Source: Bugula neritina
Taxonomy: Eukaryota; Animalia; Bryozoa
Direction of reading: 5' to 3'
Assembly: GCA_964035545.1 (NCBI GenBank)
Contig: OZ037771.1
Coordinates: 6,295,190-6,359,189 of the forward strand
Length of the DNA stretch: 64,000 nucleotides
The position numbers were made by a program, and so were the translations under genes. A model generated the notes under the pieces. The model was not told where the DNA came from. It did not search any database and saw only the letters and a program-made list of their open reading frames with translations. Below are positions 46,831 through 60,934 of this stretch, in pieces (position 1 is the stretch's first letter; each line of letters starts with the position of its first letter).

Positions 46831-49800
46831 TCAGACATAAGTCTCATTTTTAATACTAATTCTTCTGTTCAGAGAAGAATGATTGTATTCAGTTGGAGAG
46901 ATCTGGTGATCAGAGAAATCCGTCGGAGTTCTTACTCTTGGTAGGGGGGAGTTAGAGTGCACCCCCGAATCTCCACTGCCAGTTGAGAATTTTCCATTGC
47001 AGTCATTGTCTGTGAAACACTTGTCATAGGAATAATATCCGCCTGTTGGTAAGGCACCTGTAGAATTGTAAGACTGTCTGTCTTTCCACACAGTAGGGGG
47101 CTCGTAGTCCACGTACCCCTTATGCTGAGTGACTGCTAGGTCCTCTAGTCTAACTGGTGTTGCTCTGTGAGTTGATATGTACGGGGGTGGAGCCTGAGTA
47201 GGACTAGAAACAGTGGATCTTTGTGCTACACTTAGAGCAAGGGGCTGTTCCATCCCCCGCCCTACTGAAGCACCTGCTATAGATCTACTGAGGCTATTGT
47301 AGAACTGTAGTCCATCATTAAACTCTGCATCTAAATAAATATAGAATATAATATTAAGTAATAGTTATGATAGTTGGGTAGCCATTTTGTATAACTTACT
47401 AATAGTATATATACCCTTCTGTATAACTTACTAATAGTATATATACCCTTCTGTATAACTTACTAATAGTATATATACCCTTCTGTATAACTTACTAATA
47501 GTATATATACCCTTCTGTATAACTTACTAATAGTATATATACCCTTCGAGGGTTCCCCGTCATACATTCCATTGTCATATCCATGCTTGAGATCTTCGTC
47601 CAGATCTGTTTCGGTTGGCATTATATTAGGCTTATAGCTTCCTTCAAAAGTGTGTGCATCTCCGTGCATTTGACTGCTAGCTAATATATCTGGTATTCCC
47701 ACTCCGTTACCTACATGTTCCTGAAATACATCACAGCTACTAGTTTATGGTGGTAAGAACAGACAACTCTGAAATGCTGCTATTGCTATGCAAACTTTCT
47801 ATTATATACAAGCAATATAGCATTTTAGCGAATGTAATTTTCAGTATTTCCTCTTTGAATATATAAAGCTGCTGCAAAATAACAAAATAAATTATCAGCC
47901 ATAATAGCCATTTAAATTATCTTAGGCATTTTATTTCTCAATTGACCGTCCCATTGAGAAAGACATATCTAACAAAGTTTTTCCTAACAAGTCACCATTT
48001 CTCTACTCTATTTCAGTGACCAAATTTACAAGACTGTACTGTACTCACCGGTAGTTTTGGTTTGGTGTTATCTTGTCCGGCGTTTTGAGGTTTTACTATA
48101 TATTTAACTTGTCGAGGCTTAGTTCTTTTTCGTCTCTTAGAGCAGCACACAGCTATTCCAATCACAATCATTATTAGCAGACTTCCCCCAACGCAACTGA
48201 CTACTATAATAATTATTGTTAACTTCCCTAATCCTCCCTCTGTTGTTGTCTACAAAGTAAAGTATAATTTCTCATCAACTCAAATCATTACTGTTATTGT
48301 CGCATTACTAGTACCTACAGTTACACACTGAACAGCTGTTACACTGTAATCCAACTAACTCTAGTTTACATCTATATATTATAATGTTATAAGGTCGTGG
48401 CCTGATACAATAATAATCAATGAATAATTTGTAAATTAAGCTATTGAAAACTCGTTTTTATTAAAATACTTGAAAACTACTTCTTTTAAAAATTAATAAA
48501 AATCAATGATATTGTAAGGTGCATGCATAGTTGATGGGTATTTTGTGGTAATAGCTTCTAAGATTAATGCTTACGGTTGACAAGTACAGAAACTATACAG
48601 TTGGTGAGTCGTTTACTTGGAGTTGCTTACACCTGATGCTAGTAGCATACTCACAGTGCCTTCTATTATTCCAGCTCCAGTATTGCGTTTCTCTGTAGCC
48701 AGTGGTGTTGTGGTTGTTGTAGAAGTGGTAGTTGTAGTGGTGGTTGTAGTCGTAGTGCATATTAAGTCTGTAGGCTCCACATTGAGCAGATACCTTCCCT
48801 TCAGCTCTATCGGCGACTGGCATTCACCACTCTGTTCAGCGTTCCACTGCAGTCGAGCCTGTGAAAGAGAGAATAAGTGTCAGTTATTTATGTACGTCTT
48901 TGATGTCACTTATAGAACACAGTCTATGTTTTGTTGAGCAGAGTACTGAGTTGGTTTATTTGTGGTGGGAATATTTACAATGCAATAGTACTAAAACTGA
49001 TCGTGAGTTTTTGATTTGCTAGATATTAGGAGGGAACATGGTTTGGGGTTTGGTCTATTTATGTTTTTATCAAAGTAGAATGTTTTTATTGCCGGTTATC
49101 GCAATACAATTATTTTCCAACCAACACATGAACAAAATCAATATTTTGATTTACCTCCACCTGACACAAGTTGTTGTTCAATCACGTACTCACAAAAATT
49201 TTACAGCTAAGAATTTGTATGTATTTATGTAAATGCAAAACTTCATAACGGTAATAATAAACACTCACAGTTGATGACCATAAACGGAACCCAGCAATGT
49301 TGCAGTCACACACAAACTTGTTTCCCTTCAGACTGATCAACTTGATGTCAAATAGATGAGAGAAGACAACTTCACTCAGTGTGCTGAGTAAGTTCTCCTC
49401 TATGTACAGTTTTTCTAATCTAAGGGTAACATCTGTAATACATGATAGCAAGTGTTATAGATGCAGCAGCTACACGATATAAGGTGTTATCTGTAGCAAT
49501 TTTACAATTTTACTACACAGCTGGGTGCCCATCTGACATCACCAATTTTTATTAATGTAATTTGACCAAAAACTCTTTTGCATCGATTTTAATTAAACAT
49601 CAGATATTCAGAGTAGCCGGTTTCTATCTTAGGAAACTTCAAACTTTTAATATTGCAAAACAAATGTGGTTTAACCTAGCATGTTATAGGTATGCATTAC
49701 TATGCAATGTGTCAACATTGATAACATAGTAATGTGTCAACATTGATAACATAGTAATGTGTCAGCACTGATAGCAGAGTAATGTGTCAACATTGATCAC

Positions 49801-52800
49801 ATAGTAATGTGTTAGCACTGATAGCAGAGTAATGTGTCAGCACTGATAACAGAGTAATGTATCAGCATTGATAACAGAGTAATGTATCAGCATTGATAGC
49901 ATAGTAATGTGTCAGCACTGATAGCAGAGTAATGAGTCAGCATTGATAACAGAGTAATGTATCAGCATTGATAGCAGAGTAATGTGTCAACATTGATAAC
50001 AGTAATGTATTAGCACTGGTAGCAGAGTAATGTATCAACATTGATAACATAGTAATGTGTCAACACTGATAACATAGTAATGTGTCAATATTGATAACAG
50101 AGTAATGTATCAGCACTGATAGCAGAGTAATGTGTCAGCACTGATAAAATAGTAATGTGTCAGCATTGATAGCAGAGTAATGTGTCAACACTAATAGCAG
50201 AGTAATGTATCAGCATTGATAACAGAGTAATGTGTCAACGCTGGCAGCAGTAGAATAAACAAGTAAACTGGCAGCAGCAAGATTATAACATTAAATCTTT
50301 TGAAAACATTTAACAGGATTGTCTGCAAGCTAATCTGAGAATTTAACTACTCAGCTGCTAATGCTGACTCTAGACTATTGAGCTATTGATTGTAAGTATT
50401 GATACACACACTAATGCTCACTAACAGTTGCTTGAGAAACTAAGTTTACCAGTTGAGTAATAAAAACAATTAGTGCTGTAGGCTTATAACTAACCAATTG
50501 ATAGCGTTAGAAAGGACAGCATATATTGGCTTCACTAATATGAAGTTCAAATCCTTGAGCATAGCTAAGCATTATATGATACAAGAGGTATTATTTAGTG
50601 GTCTAGTGCAACATTATATTGTAATGTATTATGTAATATATACTTACTAAATATATCAGCGTGTAGATAGGAGATCTTATTCTCTGTGAGTGTGAGCGTT
50701 AGGAGTTGTGGGTTCATTTGAAAGAGATTTTTGGAAATATTGGAAATCTTGTTCCTTGCCAAACTATAAGACAGACAGCTTTTAGGCTTTAATTGAGATT
50801 TAATAGCAGCAAAGCAGATGAGTAATACAACTATTAAGCTAAAACTGTAACTTTCCAAAATGTATATACATCATGGCTTACGTTTTAAGGACACACAATA
50901 CAACTAATGTTACATATATAATAGTATACCACACAATACAACTGATGTTTATATATGCCACATAACTCATATGAGCACCTGTAGGCATTACAGGTCTGGT
51001 GGTAACTTACGAGAGACTTTCTAAGTTCTGAAGTTCGTGGAAGATGTCTTCTGGTAGACTAGTCAGCTGATTTGCGTCAAGTTCGAGTGACTTCAATCCG
51101 CTCAAACCAACAAGGGCGCTGCTTCCGATAGACCCAATCAGGTTGCTCGATAGTTTTAGTGTTTCTAAGCTGTAATCAGTTCAGTTTGTGTCAAGAAATT
51201 GAAAGTTTTGGAAATGTAGACAGCTCTTAAAATCCACGACTAAGTACTTATAACAAATTAATAGAAAGGCTTAAGAAAAAAATATATGCCAACTTTGCTG
51301 TAGTTAAAATCAAAGGTTCAAATTTTGGATATTTTGGGCTATTTTTGCCAGGCTGGTTTCACTATAGTTATTTGGTAATGTTGTTCTTCGGATCAAACTA
51401 GAGTAACACACCTGGTGAGCTCAGCGAAGATCAAATCTGGAAGATTCTTTATTCTGTTGTTCTGTAAATTCAACTCTTTCAAGTTTCTAAGCTGACTGAA
51501 TGCTAGGATTTCTATGTTTTCAATATCACAGAAGTCCAGAGCTAACACCTAAACCAAACATTTCCTCAGTTAGATTACTAACAAGCAATATTCTTATTAG
51601 TAGTACTATTGGTAGTGGTAGTGGTGGTGGTTTGTCAAATTGATAACAGCATAGCCTAATGTTATAGAGTAAAATAAAACATTGTTTTTCAGTAGCAAAC
51701 ATTAAGAATGTGACTTCAACTATTTAAATAGAACCTTTATTACAATAACATTAAATTTTATTACTGCATAAATTTATCAAAACATTACTATAATATAATA
51801 AAGTATAATATAATACAGTATAATATAATATAACATAATAGTATTGTCATCTGCAATAGCTATTGATTTTTGTTTACTTTATGTTTGAAATTATAGCCTG
51901 AAACATAAATAAATGTATACATTCTTCACCATATAACTGTAGAGTGTAGAAGGTATCCATGTTGTTATTTTTGGTAACCAAGGCAACAGCAAGCTAATAT
52001 AGCAAATTAATAGTATATTAAGTTGTCACACATCATAACTTCCAGTTTATTACAACACATTTAATGCTCAAAGACACATTTTCCCATTTTGACTTTATCC
52101 GTTCACAGATTTGCTAATTACTATCAAACATTTACTTCCTATCATGTTATTAGTTGCTTCATGGTTCATAAATTCTATAAGCATAATGAACCTGACGGAT
52201 CTATCTACTGCCACATCAGTTTGATCTTTATAGTGACACCTTTATAAGGTGATACTTTAGTTGTGAGAACATTAAACCAAATGCCAGTTGGTAATTAAAT
52301 TTTTTCTGTTTCAATTCTCTGTCAGATTTTTCTCTCCTCAAACTGAGTAAAAATGGGTTGTGAATTTGCCATGAACTATTTGCAAATATCATTTATGCAC
52401 TACTATAATACTCATGTATAATATATCTTAGCTATCATCTACAGAGTGTTTGAAGATTGTGAGTTCAAACAGTTTTGTTTCATAAGAAGTTCTGTGCTCA
52501 TGTTGATGATGCTTCCGGTTTGCTTTGGAGTCCGTTATGTTATAAAACTAAGAATAATTATTTCTAACTTTCATTGCATGCAACACACAGCCTAGCCACC
52601 GAGCTGGCTTGTAAGTTTACACTTCTATGCTAAGTAGGTATACGAACACTAGACTTACCTGTAGGTTTGTGAGTCCAGCGAAGGAATTGTTTTCTATGGT
52701 AGGCAGAGTAATTCTGTCAAACCGCAACTCCGTGATGTCGGCAGGAAGTTGTGGCAGCGTAGAGAAGGACAGAGTAGTCGACAGCGAAGAGAAAGCTGAG

Positions 52801-54841
52801 TAGGAGCAGCTCATTGCTTTTATTGTACGAATTCCTATTTCCTCTTCCGAACAATCACATTTTATCCAATCTAAAACGAGGCTTGTAGACTGCATTTCAA
52901 CATTAAAAAACACGTAATGTGCGCAGCGAGTTGCAAATGGTTTGTGTTGCCAGTTCTACACAAATTTACTTACATATAATAGTCTATAGAAGAAAAACAG
53001 TAACTGCTTTCAATAAATTTTTCTATAAGCAGCTCCGAGTTGAGGGTGACTGTGTAGTTTGGGTTCTCAAGTTTGAAGTTTGAGGTTTAGGTTGAAGCTT
53101 TGAACCCCCAACCCTAAACTGAAGAACCCTAAACTACTGCACTCAGTCACCTCCAACTCAAGCTGCTTATAGATAATTTCACTTTCAACTGTCATCTAAT
53201 GATTTTGGAAGAAGGAGGGCGGCTTTACTACCACCATGCAAATGCCCCTTTTTTCAAGCTAATGTGTTACTACAGAAATATTATACTGATGTAGCACAGT
53301 GCAGCAGGTTGCAATGCACCACTTTCCATGTTGGCAAACATTTTACAGCCTGAATTAAACAGCAGTTTGCATTGCAGTGAACTATGGGTAACCTCGAATT
53401 GAATTCCTATGAGGATATATACAGAAATATTTCACATCAATAGTGAAATAGTAATGGAAGCCTTACTTCTATATTAATGTAATATGTAACACAATTATTT
53501 GAATCTAATGAATAGAAATTATTAGTTTCAGTTTATTTCTGCTGCTCTGCTTCTAACAATACAAGTTGCTAAATGCTACCCTGTTACATAAGAGTATACC
53601 AGCCAAGTAGGCATACTGTGCTACAGAGAGTTGTATGCTCTTGATGTTGCAATCTTTCAAACAAATAAAAAAACTTGAAATATTAATTTTTAAATATTAC
53701 TTTTTTAAAGACGAACTTTTCTGACCTTCTACACATTATGGACAGATGAGGTGCTATTAGATTATCACATAAAATATATATTCTCATATAGGTTTACAGT
53801 GATGTGTGTTGAGTGTTGGTATTGGTCAGTTTTAACTTAGAGAAAGTCAGTTTATTTTGCTGTACATACTTCCGGTCTCTAAATTCATACAAAAAATGCT
53901 CTCAAACTCTAACCTCCTAAGTTTTTGAAACTGGCAGTTTACTTAACTCAAGTCTCTTGGACTTGGAGGGGGGTTGATTATGCTCACACTCCTGTTAAAA
54001 CTATGAATAAGAGTTACATTAGAACAAGGTGTTTCCTAAAACTACCAAAATTTCACATAACTAGTTATTCAGCTCCCTGTTTCTGATACTAAAACACCAT
54101 AAATTATGCTAATAAACAGCCAATCCCAATTGATTACCATGTTATTAAACAGTATAAACAATTTTAACTTATCAATTATTTCTAATGCCTAAATTCAACG
54201 CCCAGATTTAGACATTAAATGATAAGTTTCATATCCTGTCTGTTTATCCAATAGCTGGAAGGATTTAGAAGTTATTGATGACTTATTCAGAATTGGCACT
54301 GGAAGCTAACAGTGTTTCAATGTCACATACCAAAACTAGAATATTGTTTACAAACCAAAATTTAAGCAGAGAAAGTTATATCTTGATTCTATGAAGGTTA
54401 AAGAGATGAGCTGTGTAGCTGTAAACCATAAGACACAATTTTTAACTATATGGCATATTTCATAGCTGTGGGACTAGCCATTCTGCATTGGAGTAGTGCA
54501 AGTGTTAGTTTAAGTTATTCACTGTATATGCTCTAAACCCAAACACTAAGCTGAAATTAGAATCACAAGCTAAATAAACGCTTACACTTTTACACCTAAT
54601 AATATTACTAATACTGATAGTTATAGAGTATTAGTAATAGTAATAGTAATAGTTCGTAATAGTAATACAGTAATACTAATGGTTATACTTATAGTATTAC
54701 TATTAGTATTAGTAATAGTTATAGCCTGAGCAACATCATACCTGGGTGACAGTCTTGAGAGAGGGTAAACGCAGTTGGGATAAGTATAGAGAGAACAGCT
54801 GATAGTAAGACTAAATGCATATTCCTTGAGATGAATTTCAT
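46831..54841 (-). CDS. Leucine-rich-repeat single-pass transmembrane protein with C-terminal PDZ-binding motif
   Basis: Exons 54841-54742 (signal peptide MKFISRNMHLVLLSAVLSILIPTAFTLSQDCHP), 52870-52659, 51548-51412, 51169-51011, 50763-50648, 49432-49269, 48858-48655, 48249-48049 (TM), 47720-47528 and 47330-46831. LRRNT C-H-P..C-D-C, typical LxxLxLxxN repeats, LRRCT NKFVCDC..C-Q-S-P..LKG..C, Thr-rich stalk, ends NETYV*. Confidence 0.88.
47388..47547. repeat. 32-bp tandem repeat duplicating an LRR-gene donor junction
   Basis: Minus-strand ..ACTATTA|GTAAGT occurs five times at 32-bp spacing (AACTTACT at 47521, 47489, 47457, 47425, 47393). Confidence 0.92.
49705..50242. repeat. 25-bp minisatellite (AGTAATGTGTCAGCATTGATAGCAG)
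   Basis: About 21 units in an LRR-gene intron. Confidence 0.92.
53015..53179. mobile_element. Small foldback/palindromic MITE-like element
   Basis: TCTATAAGCAGCT..GAGTTG..GGTGACTG..GTAGTTT.GGTTCT is mirrored by AGAACC..AAACTAC..CAGTCACC..CAACTC.AGCTGCTTATAGA. Confidence 0.6.
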
Positions 54842-56279
54842 CTGTAATATATTCCGTTAGGCGTCACTTGTGTCTCTTTAAAGTTGCCCGTTCCTTGTCT
54901 AGTAGAAGATTTACACCACTTGCCTGTGGAAAGAGACTTGACTTTGTGTATTTACATATTAGTCAGTATCAACACTACTGCAGTTCTATTGTGTTAGCCG
55001 ATACACTGTAGTATAATAGAGTAATCCTGTTACAACACTCCTAGACTGCTAGCACCAGATAATCTCTACCTTACACCAACCAAATATCTTAGCTATTACA
55101 AGACGAAGAATGAATTACTATCAATATTTACATTCCACGTGCATGTCACCTCGTGTCGCGGTGTCTGAATTCTGATTGGCTAATTGTACAACACTCGCTA
55201 TTCTCAATAAGTCAACTACATCAAAAGTAAAGCTGCTTTATTGAAAAGTGTAGGCAATCGCAATATTTCTTACTTTAGTTTATAACTTACAAAGATAAAT
55301 AAATAAATAAAAAACACATATTTTCTAAACAAGTACGTAATTATAATGGTGTCGAGCTGCAAGCAATATTTTAGATATCAGTTTGAAGCTTAACTTGAAA
55401 TTATGATCTTAAGATCTAAAACAATCAACGCTCAACAAGATCTAAAAATTTGCATTGTCTTAAATTTAAGAATAAACTAAATGTATTTAATTTGCTTTTG
55501 AACAATATTTTCTAAAAGTCACAGCTGCTAATCATGATTTACTGGTTATCAAGCTGGCTCCAACATCATTAGTACTGTTGTCAAGAATCTCTTTGTAGGC
55601 AACCTGTGATACTTATTAAAACAAGTATACAAGAATATTGTGAAGTATGTTATAAGAAAGCTATAGTATTCTGAATTATTAAAATAATCCTTCTAATAAT
55701 ATTGTTACAGTCAACTCTCTATTTTCTATGGTAGAATAATTAAGTCTGAAGTTGTTATTATGTAGGCTGTAGTAAACATAAACAAGTAAACAATCTAGGC
55801 TGGAAAGTAAACTGACATTGTAGACACAAATGTAGTCTATTCTCAACAGATAGGACTAATAGTCTCCTTGAGTTATGCAATAGAACTTAGTATCTCAATA
55901 ATATACTATTTTTCTCACTTATACATTGTAGATTTGTTTCAGGTTACAAGTTGAAGTAGCATTTACAAAGATGTGCTGTATAATCATTTATCATACATTA
56001 CCATGTTTAGATTTGAAAGTCAATGAATTATTTAAAAACTTTGAAACGTTTTACAAATTAATCAACTGGTTTTTAATTAACATTTTAAAGTTTTACCCCT
56101 TAATGAAACTACATAATAATTATTATATCAATGAGGTGGAATTCTTAATAGTTGGTTTTTAGAGCAAATAATAGGATTCTGTAACTCAAATTATGAATGT
56201 AGCCCTGCATGTCATATTGTATAATACTCATATAGTATACTATACTCATATAATATAATATAATTACATAATACAACAT

Positions 56280-57011
56280 TGTGAATCAAATGTTCCAAAT
56301 ACAATAGTGTAATTCACCATCCATTTGTTACAACTGCAGATTTCAAAATATTCTTGGATACCTTTTTTGAATAACTTTGAAGCTTTTTCTTAACTTTTTT
56401 TATGAAATTCAAAATAATGGAATCATCATATTGATTTTAGCTCAAATGAGAGAATAATTAAAAATGAAATTTGTGTCAAGTTGCAATGTCTGCATATAGT
56501 CACAAAAGTACATATAGGCTAGTTACATGCAGTTAGACCCTCAAATCAGGTGATTTAATATGAAGAAAGATTTTGTAACAGTTAACAAGTAAATAGTAGA
56601 AATGGCTGTTTATCAATTACTTCAACACTAATTATATTCTTTGTTATGAAGAGTTGAAGAGCTTCATGGGTGTAGTGTTACAGCATTATACAGATATATT
56701 GGCCCTGACACAATATCTCTATCACAGTTACAAGTGCTTTTGTAATTCTTTTGACAGATTTAAAGGCCACAGAAAAATCTCTCAATTGCAACTTGACGCA
56801 AATTTCATTTTTAATTATTCTCTCATTTGAGCTATAAATCAATATGATGATTCCATTATTTTAATTTTCACTAAAAAGAGTTGAGAAAAGGCTTTTTTTC
56901 TTAAACCCTTAAGGTTATTTAAATAAAGAGTATCCAAGAATATTTTGAGATCAGCAGTTATAACAAATGGATGGTGAGTTACACTATTGTATTTGGAACA
57001 TTTGATTCACA
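56280..57011. mobile_element. Mutator-like (MULE) non-autonomous element with ~210-bp TIRs
   Basis: TGTGAATCAAATGTTCCAAATACAATAGTG...TCAAGTTGCAAT (56280-~56488) is mirrored at ~56785-57011. The 9-bp TSD is ATACAACAT (56271-56279) / ATTCAACAT (57012-57020). Confidence 0.85.
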
Positions 57012-59702
57012 ATTCAACATTTCTTGTCCAGTAATATACCATTAATCAACTAAATAATACTCAATAAATTATTAAGCAATTATCAGTTTGTTGAGAGCGG
57101 CACATGATGAGTGCCATTATTCTGCCAGTTCAAGTTGTGTTGGAGCACATCTTTATAATTGCAAACAATAGAGACACTTTGACTGTATGTGTTAAGAAAC
57201 TGGGTAGTGATTCATTGCTCTCAGGTGACTCATCTAAGCGTTGTGATGTGACATGATGTCATGTGACATCACGATTAGCTGATTTGTTAATAAATTAACT
57301 TTCTTATATCAGCTGCCGATAGTCTTGCCTTAAGTTGCTCTAATACTTTAGTGTATTGTGAGGAGATATGAATAAAACATGAGCTTTACCACCCTTGCTC
57401 TGTCTATGTTTTGACTGATGCGAATCAAGATAATAATGTTACGTAGAAATAATAATATACTAGGCAGAATTTAATGGTTTTACTAAAACTACGCATAGTG
57501 TATTATAGATTTCATATCTCACTAAATAGTATAGCTAGTGTAGCCTAATATATATAATTTGTTGTAGTATATATTGTCATATATTTTATATATTGCTACT
57601 TGAGTTTAATGACGAATAATTTAGTAGCACTAAATGGCTATCTTATGCTATAATTATACACTCCAAGCAGCTTAAATTGTAATTTAGCACCTTTTAAAAT
57701 AAAATAATTCACAAGCATTTATTAAGTAAAACTGAGATATTAAGTGAAGAAATATCTATATTGTAACATTATGGTCAATTATAAAGAATATATAGAATTA
57801 AAGCATACTATTAGCTTATATAAATACTTTACAGACAGAAATGCACAAAGTCATTAAGCTTGGCATTCTAAAGAAATACTAATGACTGCATATAGACAGC
57901 TCACTTTACTTGCAAATGTCAAGGAACCATTATTCATGTTTCGAGCAGAAGTGTTAGGTACTATGTTTTCTGCAGTGGGAGATGCATGTCCCTAGACTGA
58001 GAAGACAACCCTGCATTACTACTAGTTTGCCTGCTCTATATCTACAATATACCTCATTCCTGACATAATACTGCAGTATATTTTGCTTCCAAAACTCCTG
58101 ATTAGTTATAGTATAATAGAAGTCTTTACTACATGACTTGAAGGCACACATCTTAGGTTTACTATAAGCAATATAATTATTTGCGTTGGCACAATTACTA
58201 TCAATTGATTCCTTAATTAGCTTGCTAATAGCTGTTAATTATATTTTGTCTTCTTCCTGTAAAAGCTGTTAATATAATATACAAGATGCTCGGTACTAGT
58301 TATTAGGGGTTTAAAACACTTCTATCTATTCGACTAGCCTTTTATTCCATCCCAGTAAATATGCAGCTGTATAGAAAATGCATATTTATAATCTAATATA
58401 TGCACATTATCTACATCGCTTACACATAACCCTACCTCTTTGTCACATATCATATGCGCTGTGATTATTCTAAAACTTTTGTTGCAAATAATTAAAATTA
58501 CTGTATTACTGTGCTAATCGTTGGCTTTGGGCCATATAATTAAAATTGATGGCATGTATTTGACTTTCCTCAAATCGTTTGTTTTATGAGATAGCTGCCT
58601 TACATAAGGTTTACTTTACTTACATTAAAAAGTTTAAAAGTATTAAGTACTTACATACTAGACTTACACTAGTTAGTTGATAGTACTTAGTATTCAACAC
58701 TTACCTATCTGGATGGTGACATGTAATGTTATGGTGTGGGAACATTTAATTAAACATTCTATTAGCCACAGAAACATGTTTAAAATAAATTTTATACAAT
58801 ACACTCTTTTGTTCACGTCTAGTTACTTAGTAAGCAATAAAATTCTATAGCATTGTTTCAATCTAATCATCTACAATGAATAAAACTTCATTACCATTCA
58901 AAGCTACCCTTATTCTTTGCACAGTAAATAGAAAGTGATTTATAAACTGGGTATTATAATAAAGGTGTCATTGAATTATGTTTTGATTACGAAGTAATTA
59001 TACCAGATAATCAAAACTGCTATTGTATTTATACAAACCTAAGCCACTACAGTAGCTTGTACCATAACAACTGGCATACATGTATAGCATAAACTTTATC
59101 ATAGTATTACATTAATTGTCACACATATATAACATCAAGTGCCCTGCATATTACATTAAATATCACATTAATACGTTGAATTTACAAAATTTCTCAGAGA
59201 TATACAGAAGAGTTGTATATTTTCTGGTAGTGATCCGACAGACAATATACTTGTATTTGATTTAAACAATACTTTTATTACAGGCCTGGATAGGAATGTT
59301 AATATTGAAAATGATCGCTATAATATTATAATAATATGCCATATATTTTCCAAGCACCTATTGATGCTGTTCATATGTATGCGGTATATTCATATAATTA
59401 TTAAGATCAAAACCACTCGAGATTAAACTAAAATTTGAGATTAGTATAATTAGGAATTTAAATTTTATCTTGTAAATTACTTAGCTGTAAATAGTTTACA
59501 CCAAATTAAATTGTAGCGGAAATTTAAACATTTTCAGCTATTTGATGATAGATATTCTTGCAGCTTTACCATTGAACAAACATATCTCTTTGGCCAACTT
59601 CAGTTTTAATCTTTACAACTTAGTCACTCAATTACCAATCTCTATATTGTAGTCATGGTGACCGAGTAATGAAATGTTATAATACTCAATGTCTTTTCAG
59701 TA

Positions 59703-59990
59703 CAGTGGTCCCTCCGTATCCTACTAAGTTAGCGTAGGGCCACACGACTCGGGTTTCCCTCATGCGGGTCCAAATTTTTGAACACCCCGGGTTCTGCACG
59801 AGGTAACCCACGTAGTGTGGCGCTTCGCTTACGGTCCTGAAACTTCAATCCGTGACATAGTTGAATACCAGATTTAGCTCACGGATCAGTTAAATTCAGC
59901 TATTCTGTCCCTATACACACATACATAAGCCCTCCTCGTGATCTATGGAATTTTGTGAGACCGGGAACGTGAAATACTGAGGGAGCACTG
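59703..59990. mobile_element. pogo/Tigger-like (Tc1/mariner superfamily) MITE
   Basis: TA|CAGTGGTCCCTCCGTAT ... ATACTGAGGGAGCACTG|CA (right TA mutated). Confidence 0.7.
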
Positions 59991-60934
59991 CATTGTCAAA
60001 ATTGTCTAACTAAGCCAACATAAAGTTATAATGATTTTGCCTTCGGGCCTTGAAAGCAGTTTCTTACTTCTAATTACTTTACTTGTGCAAAATTCAAAGA
60101 GTAGTCTGTTGACAGCAACTGCTTGAGGCAGAAACAGTCTAATGAGTTAATTGCCACCAACAAAGCTGTTCACTTAATAAGAGAGTCACAAAATTTAATG
60201 AAAGTTGACTTCACTCAATACATGTAATGATTATTAATAACTGCAGCTTTCAGGTGTAAAATTGGTATCACTGGAGCTCATAATTGCATTGCTAGTAAGA
60301 GACGCACACGTGGTGGGTAGAATGTAGGATGAGTAGCATCTAGTCTACCTTTGACACCCGAGAGCACATGTTGTAAACACTTCAATGCCAACACAGCCAG
60401 AGATAGAACAATACCAAGTTGCAAATCACACATTAAGTATCTAATTAATCTGAGAAACAACAAGAATGTCCATTGAAATGAGTTGGTAAATGAGTGAAAG
60501 AAAACTTGAAGTGTCCTTAAAGATAAACAGTTTTGTAATCTGCATCCACTCTGGCCCCTTAAGCCATTCTATTATTTCTGCAAAGTTCAATCGGTGAGTC
60601 TCAGTCCCAAAACAAGTGCTTTAATAGAGTTTCAAAGGCTCGGCCAAGCCACACATTGTTTCAGAGTAGCTCTTGGATGTCGGCTACATTAAACACAGAG
60701 TACAAAACAATTATGTCATTGTAAATTTGAAGAAAATGTTTTTTTTTCTGGATACAAGAGTTTTAATGAGCATAGTTATCCAATAACTTATTCATCAGAT
60801 TTCAATAGTGTTAGCTGATTGCACAAGCTGCACCAGACAATGTCTACAATACATCATATGACAGATTTTTGGGATGTATTAGTTTGAAAGTGTGGAACAA
60901 ATTAAGCTAATGTGTGTTTGGGTTTCAGCTAGTA

